In this document: positions 58,899 to 64,000 of the stretch, in pieces
How positions within the stretch are numbered: position 1 is the first letter of the stretch
How the letters are laid out: the number at the start of each line of letters is the position of its first letter
DNA from: a virus
Virus record (IMG/VR): IMGVR_UViG_3300043409_002109
Coordinates: 86,206 to 150,205 of that record
Strand: one strand, 5' to 3'
DNA length: 64,000 nt
Position numbers and translations under genes: made by a program
The notes under the pieces: model-generated
The model's database searches: none
What the model was told of the DNA's origin: nothing
Seen by the model: only the letters and a program-made list of their open reading frames with translations

Positions 58899-59198
58899 TT
58901 ATGTTTCTTCTGGTGATGTAGACATCTTCAGAAGATTTTCTAGTTCTGGTCCGTAATCCACTGTGAAGCTTAGATATTCATGCTCTTCATTACCGTACCT
59001 CGCGCCCAAAGAATGCCAACCATTATTTGACGGAATAATATAAGCATCTAAATGAGGATATTGTAAGCACATACTCTTCAGTAAGAATAATCTAGCTTCA
59101 GAGTCAGAACAATTATAATATTTACTAGCAAGCTCTAGAATAGAATCTAAAGGTAAATCTCTAGCTTCTTTCCAAGGATTTATCCAATGTCTCTTCAT
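58899..59198 (-). CDS. hypothetical protein
   Basis: 99-aa ORF. Confidence 0.55.
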   Translation of the reverse strand: MKRHWINPWKEARDLPLDSILELASKYYNCSDSEARLFLLKSMCLQYPHLDAYIIPSNNGWHSLGARYGNEEHEYLSFTVDYGPELENLLKMSTSPEET

Positions 59199-59569
59199 TT
59201 TGTTTCTAGTTTAGCGAGGATGGTTCCTACACCGATACAAATTGTTGCACTAGATGCATCTTTGCTCAACACATGGAATATGCCCATTATGTACCATATG
59301 CAAACAACAATAGTATTAAACATATTTCTTCTTCTCTTTGGTATTCAGTTGGTTAATGGAGATCAAGTATGGTGCTCCATCAGGAAATTCTTTAGCTGCC
59401 AACACGCGATAGAGCTTATCTTGGTTATAGCACATTAGATAGATCAGGAGATGCCGGACTACCTCCGTTCAGATTGACTCCTAGTCCTGCTATGGACTAC
59501 CCCGATATGACAAGATCCTTCCTCGTAAAACGTACGCTGTCGCCGGATCAGGGGTTTTTCTTATTATGA

Positions 59570-59938
59570 TTATCCTGTATAGCTCATCCCATGTAGTTCT
59601 TTCATTCTGATGTGATCAACAATAGCTTTTGGATCATCAATCGAGATGAAAGATACCGGGCATAGTTTCGGGCTTAATTTTACTCTAATAATATTAAGCC
59701 ATTCACCTTCAGAATTGATAACAATTACTGGAGTATTGCAAGGAATATATTCGAATTCAATTAGCTCAAAGATTTCTTTCTGATCATGATTTATTAAGAT
59801 CAGATTAATCTTTTGATTCTCTAAATAGAATTTAGCTTGTGGAACTGAATTGGCTAAGAAGATATCTTTGTAATGAAGATGGGCGCGCCATAGTTCATAA
59901 ATATCACTGTATTTAATTCCAAAATAAAGAATCTTCAT
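59570..59938 (-). CDS. divergent receiver-like domain protein
   Basis: MKILYF...A.S...A...L......LILINHD...PVIVI pattern; acidic pocket residues degenerate. Confidence 0.45.
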   Translation of the reverse strand: MKILYFGIKYSDIYELWRAHLHYKDIFLANSVPQAKFYLENQKINLILINHDQKEIFELIEFEYIPCNTPVIVINSEGEWLNIIRVKLSPKLCPVSFISIDDPKAIVDHIRMKELHGMSYTG

Positions 59939-59956
59939 TTATTATTATTCCTAAAA

Positions 59957-60033
59957 GGGGTGTAGCTACTAGGATTTGATACCTAGAACTCGGGAGTTAT
60001 GCCTCCTGCCTCTACTTTTGGGCCATAGCTACA
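59957..60033 (-). ncRNA. aberrant tRNA-like RNA (CAU in a 6-nt loop)
   Basis: 8-bp TGTAGCTA/TAGCTACA, GGAG-GCATAA-CTCC, CTAGG-TATCAAAT-CCTAG. Confidence 0.6.
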
Positions 60034-60044
60034 TGAAAGAGTGG

Positions 60045-60125
60045 TGGGGCTTGAGGTAGGATTTGCACCCACTGAGACTAGTATTGCCGGATCAACCGGT
60101 GCTCTACTATACGAGCATCTCAAGC
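60045..60125 (-). ncRNA. aberrant tRNA-like RNA (5-nt anticodon loop)
   Basis: GCTTGAG/CTCAAGC, D arm GCTC/GAGC, CCGG-TTGAT-CCGG, GTGGG-TGCAAAT-CCTAC, CCA. Confidence 0.65.
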
Positions 60126-60131
60126 TATAAC

Positions 60132-60238
60132 TGAGGAAGTTGTTGGGAATCGAACCCAAATCAATCGCCGCTAAACCAAGCACCTACTCGTCTGATCTAT
60201 CTGATCATAAGGCGATTCCGTGAGGTGCATTAACTTCC
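60132..60238 (-). ncRNA. tRNA-like acceptor/T-arm RNA enclosing a pseudoknot
   Basis: GGAAGTT/AACTTCC, TTGGG-TTCGATT-CCCAA, crossing helices GCACCT/AGGTGC and AATCGCC/GGCGATT. Confidence 0.6.
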
Positions 60239-60250
60239 ATAGAAAAGAGT

Positions 60251-60336
60251 GATACCTGTTCAGATTCGAACTGAAATTGCCTATTAGGGAGTCGAACCCC
60301 TCGCCATATCTAGCGGCGTCCACACGCCCAGGTATC
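60251..60336 (-). ncRNA. tRNA-like RNA with two T-loops and no anticodon loop
   Basis: GATACCTG/CAGGTATC, GGG-TTCGACT-CCC, TTCAG-TTCGAAT-CTGAA. Confidence 0.6.
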
Positions 60337-60912
60337 ATGTAGAGAGGTCACCGCAACCCTCTCAATGGTAGGTAAAGTTTTATGCCCATTTAAGGGGTGC
60401 CGGATTCCTACTTTGTCTTTAACCGGTACGGTGGTTTCGGGACTATGTTCCTCACCCGAATGTGTGTCCTACAGCAATCCGACACTTTGAGTAGTCCATT
60501 AATAATCTTATTGGGTCTTCTCCTTTCGGATATTACTACTAAAATCAGCCAATAAGATAAGATCTTACATGTCTCCGGTCAAGATCTTGTGACTTAAACA
60601 CGACATGCTATGTCTCCCTACTCGTACATGGTCTATCCGGGAGCAGATAGTATATGATGCAACTACAAAGGATCTACGAGTAATACCTATTGTAAAGGGG
60701 CTCTAGGGCCAACAAGGTGCTGAGAAGTAGTTGCATAACTCCATGTTTAAGCTTAGGAATTTTATTCAGTGACCCTGTTCTTGACGCCGCTTAAGACCGA
60801 TTTTGGTTCTTCGTGTCTACTTCATTATTCATTGAGGGAGCCGCGGGATCACTCTTAAACCTTATTTGTGTTTGATTAAAACACTTTCAGGACAATTAAG
60901 TTCATCCGTTGG

Positions 60913-61296
60913 CTATAGATTTTTTAGTAATGGGCAAACATATTCAAGTTGAAAATGTTTGATATGTTCTTTGGTAGTAAAGGTCTCGCAATAGTTTTCT
61001 AGAAACTCTTGATGTAGATTCATTTGATATAGATAATATACAAATGCCTCGAATACATCAGCTTTAGGTTTGAGCCCTTCAATTTCAGAGATATATCTAC
61101 AAATGTATAGGTTCATCCACTCATTAGAATTTAGTTTATCTTCTAAGTGGTTGAGTGAACTTCTGCCTTTAAATCGCGCGCGCAAGAACAGTCTACAATG
61201 CAATCGAACGATAGCATCACCAGCCCAAGCCATACGAAGACGTTCACCTTGATTGGAGAAACCTTTAGTGGCTTTAAAGTTCTGTAGATGTTTCAT
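60913..61296 (-). CDS. Mini-III / RNase III catalytic-domain protein (no dsRBD)
   Basis: ERLRMAWAGDA, SNE.M, KADVFEAF...LY. Confidence 0.65.
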   Translation of the reverse strand: MKHLQNFKATKGFSNQGERLRMAWAGDAIVRLHCRLFLRARFKGRSSLNHLEDKLNSNEWMNLYICRYISEIEGLKPKADVFEAFVYYLYQMNLHQEFLENYCETFTTKEHIKHFQLEYVCPLLKNL

Positions 61297-61916
61297 AATA
61301 ATTCCGAATAGAGTTAAAGGACAATAAGAATTATTATAATGAGCATGAAATCACTTTAGAATGGATGGCGTAGGAATTGGCACGTCACCTACTATGAGCA
61401 GCATTGCCCTCGCGCTCTTTATCGATTTTCTTTTGAGTATAACATAGGTAATCGAAAAGACCTTGTTACACTATGCCTTTAATAGCCATTAGGCATTTGA
61501 ACGGTATGCTACCGGATTTCTCCGTTGTTCTTTCACTAGTCTCTTACTATATAGTTATCGTTCTACCCGGAATACTAGTGGAACCCAGTAGGCACATGAG
61601 GTAACTATATAGCTCAATTTGTTATACTCTTGTTGATTGAGTTTAAATAAGTATGTCTTAGAACATAGTTCTCTGAGAAACATTTTAAGTGGCTCCCAGG
61701 CATCCGCACTTATCTAAAAGGGTGAGTACTTGTATACACGCTTAACATGCGCTTTGTCGTAATACCCACTCAGGGGCATAGAATAGACTTCTGGTGGGAG
61801 CAACCCCATTGTGTTGTATATCTATTCATACCCGTTTCAAGTATTGGCTAGCTTCCCTTGAAGTTTGGATCTTACTCATTGCCGGGCTCTAAACCGGTCA
61901 ATATCGTACTCAGAAA

Positions 61917-62105
61917 TTATTTGTTGTTACTAGGCGGTTGAGTGTCCCAATAGTTAGGATCATTAATCCGTTCTTCTTCAATTGCTTCTTCAACTGCTTC
62001 GGCAATTAGCTGTTGAACAATCTCGTTATCACGAATCTGTTCACGAGTTGCTTCGGAGTGTGTTTCTCCATAAGCGACATATTCTCTTAGTACATAAAGT
62101 TTCAT
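61917..62105 (-). CDS. small hypothetical protein
   Basis: ATGA overlap. Confidence 0.5.
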   Translation of the reverse strand: MKLYVLREYVAYGETHSEATREQIRDNEIVQQLIAEAVEEAIEEERINDPNYWDTQPPSNNK

Positions 62106-62284
62106 GAGATCATTACCACAAAGGTAGTTTTAGTGTTAGGGTAATCAGTAAATTCTGAAATAGAACTTTCATAAACTTCATCTATTTCTTGATCATCCGG
62201 TACATTCCCATCAAAAAATCGTTTGTGCACAACTTTTTCGGGATCTAGCTTTTGAAGTTTATCTATTAGTTCTCGTACTTTCAC
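62102..62284 (-). CDS. small phage protein of MKVRELI..L..L type
   Basis: AAGGA RBS, common phage N-terminus. Confidence 0.6.
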   Translation of the reverse strand: MKVRELIDKLQKLDPEKVVHKRFFDGNVPDDQEIDEVYESSISEFTDYPNTKTTFVVMIS

Positions 62285-62430
62285 TTTATTTCCTTTATGG
62301 GTGTGAGGCTTAGGTCGATTCTCCTCACTTGCGGCATATCACTCCTCAATCCTAGACCGTTAGGTATTAGGCTTAGCCGTTACATTAAGCTGTACACACT
62401 TAACTTATTTGTATGGAGTACCATCTCCAT

Positions 62431-62503
62431 TGGTGCAGGGATAGGATTTGAACCTATATAGAGAGTGCTTGCTCTTGCCGTACCTTTTGGACTACTACCT
62501 GCA
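62431..62503 (-). ncRNA. degenerate tRNA-like RNA
   Basis: GCAGG/CCTGC acceptor, AGAG-CAAGCA-CTCT, ATAGG-TTCAAAT-CCTAT, ACCA. Confidence 0.55.
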
Positions 62504-62511
62504 TAGAATAT

Positions 62512-62742
62512 TCAATCGGGACACACTAAGCGCAATTCGTTAGTGTTGCCGAATCCTGGAGATCTTGGGACATCACCATAGTAATTACCGCCTCCATGGA
62601 GAGAACAGCGTGAGCTACTAAAGCTATACCAGTATGTTGTTGTCTCATGAGCGAACTTAAGGGATGAAACAGTAGGCGTGATACTGTTTATAATGCCGAG
62701 TAATGACCATTTACCAGTGAATCTGTTTTTAGCAAATAGCAT
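62512..62742 (-). CDS. hypothetical protein
   Basis: AAGGA RBS. Confidence 0.5.
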   Translation of the reverse strand: MLFAKNRFTGKWSLLGIINSITPTVSSLKFAHETTTYWYSFSSSRCSLHGGGNYYGDVPRSPGFGNTNELRLVCPD

Positions 62743-62750
62743 GGTAATCC

Positions 62751-63155
62751 TTAAGATGATTTTAGAAGAAATTTTTGAGCAGCTTCGCGCGCAAAACCTC
62801 TATTCACATAGACAATACGTCCATTACTATTTCTAGGACTATAGAATCCTACATAGAGAATATGAGAAGTTGTGATTGCGCAACGAGTATCAGAATAATC
62901 TTGTCCTGAAAGAATATGTCCACATAGTTCTTTCATTTCGGGCAAAGATCCTTCAACACAAGTATATGGATCTAGGCGCGCACTATCACGAAGATAGATA
63001 CAAGAATAAGGTTTATCTTTAGTGGGTTTTTCTTCTTCTTCCCATCTAATATTTCTATGTTCTAGCCATTCAACTCTATACCAATTAGATAGTGATGTAG
63101 ATTTTATTGTGATAGTTCTATTTGGTTCGTAAATAGCTTTGCTGATTTTGTACAT
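62751..63155 (-). CDS. hypothetical protein
   Basis: 134-aa ORF. Confidence 0.6.
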   Translation of the reverse strand: MYKISKAIYEPNRTITIKSTSLSNWYRVEWLEHRNIRWEEEEKPTKDKPYSCIYLRDSARLDPYTCVEGSLPEMKELCGHILSGQDYSDTRCAITTSHILYVGFYSPRNSNGRIVYVNRGFAREAAQKFLLKSS

Positions 63156-64000
63156 GGATCACTCTTTAAAAGGGTGTAGACCTAGCCTTGGCTTTCTGAT
63201 TTCCAAGAATCATTCTACGTGGAGACTGCTCGTTGTGACGATTGGTGTCTCTTAATACTAATCCCTGCCTTATCAGTTATGTGAGATACCTGATGTTGGG
63301 ATGGCGAACTTTCTCTGGCTCACATCAGCACTGTTCGGTAGTACCTCGGGCATAGCTCATCACCCGTATTGATTAGTCGCGATGGTTTTTAAGGCCATGT
63401 AATCTTTGGATTTGTATTAAAAGGTAAGTACCTAAATCCCAAGGCCCCTGATTTTAACTTACAGGTAGTAATAGAACTTTAGTGGAAATCCACTCACAGG
63501 TGAGATACTCAACACTGTTTCCAACTTACTTGCGATCTCGGACCTATTCTATTTGATGAGCATTGTTAGTCTTTCCTAACAGCCAATTGGTTTGTTTCTG
63601 TCCAATAACATTTTAGTTCTTGTAACTAACAAGCAAGTAGAACATTAGCTATTGTTTCCCGCGAATTGCTGGTTGACTCTATTATTCAGTCGGTGCGGAG
63701 CCTATAAATAGGACGCAGCTGATATCTAAGAGTTTATATTCTGAATTAGAATATCCGGCGCATTTCTACCTGATTCGCATTAAACAATGTATTGATACCC
63801 AAAGGGAAATTTCAAAATACATTGTATGTGTGTTCTAGCCTTTTCAGTGCACTAAGATCTATTCGACTTTAACAAGACTATAGGAACACCACTATAGAAT
63901 GCGTAGAATCATTAGCATGACCCGTCTTTAACTTGAGATCAAAATTTACAGGAGATTATACAGGTTCGTCCGGGCGCCCTTGATACCTGAATCAAATTTT

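Noticed and set aside
60132-60238. tmRNA
   Set aside because: Too short, no tag reading frame, and no alanine G3-U70 acceptor identity
911-61252. Short antisense or nested ORFs in the track (e.g. 911-1126, 1684-1977, 23954-24469, 57227-57697, 59983-60183)
   Set aside because: They are shadows of well-supported genes or RNA elements, with no motifs
63650-63680. Second group I intron suggested by an AATTCGCGGGAAA P-like sequence
   Set aside because: No matching Q, R or S elements and no interrupted gene found
1-64000. Alternative genetic code (stop-codon reassignment)
   Set aside because: Conserved genes are full length in code 11, all three stops end genes, and no suppressor tRNA was found

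Overview
A 64-kb stretch of a large (probably jumbo) dsDNA bacteriophage genome in genetic code 11, with almost all genes on the minus strand. Left part (1-22 kb): replication and recombination genes (DnaG primase, IMPDH/GMP reductase, Cas4-like nuclease, RecA, HD hydrolase, dATP/dGTP diphosphohydrolase, resolvase-like nuclease, SpoVG-like and plant-Whirly-like ssDNA-binding proteins, PhoH). The Pol III alpha (DnaE) gene is split into two genes separated by a 4.5-kb island of virion/tail-fibre genes, and its catalytic half is interrupted by a 288-nt group I intron inside the PD|IDMD motif. Middle part (22.5-30.6 kb): an apparently complete phage-encoded ubiquitin-like conjugation operon (E2-like/WGR-like fusion, JAB peptidase, ThiF/E1, beta-grasp Ubl with a cleavable C-terminal tail), preceded by a Lon AAA+ protein that lacks its protease domain. 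This is the strongest candidate for an undescribed system. From 33-47 kb: nucleotide, NAD and RNA-repair genes (Nudix, class II RNR, dUTPase, NifU-C, macrodomain, phosphatases, NadV and NadM-Nudix sharing a structured leader motif, RNA ligase, 2H phosphoesterase). Right part (53-64 kb): tRNAs Ile(UAU), Gln and Asn, a D-armless Arg-like tRNA, a free-standing homing endonuclease, a nucleotidyltransferase, a Mini-III-like RNase and an array of aberrant tRNA-like RNAs. All family calls come from motifs read by eye; no database searches were run.
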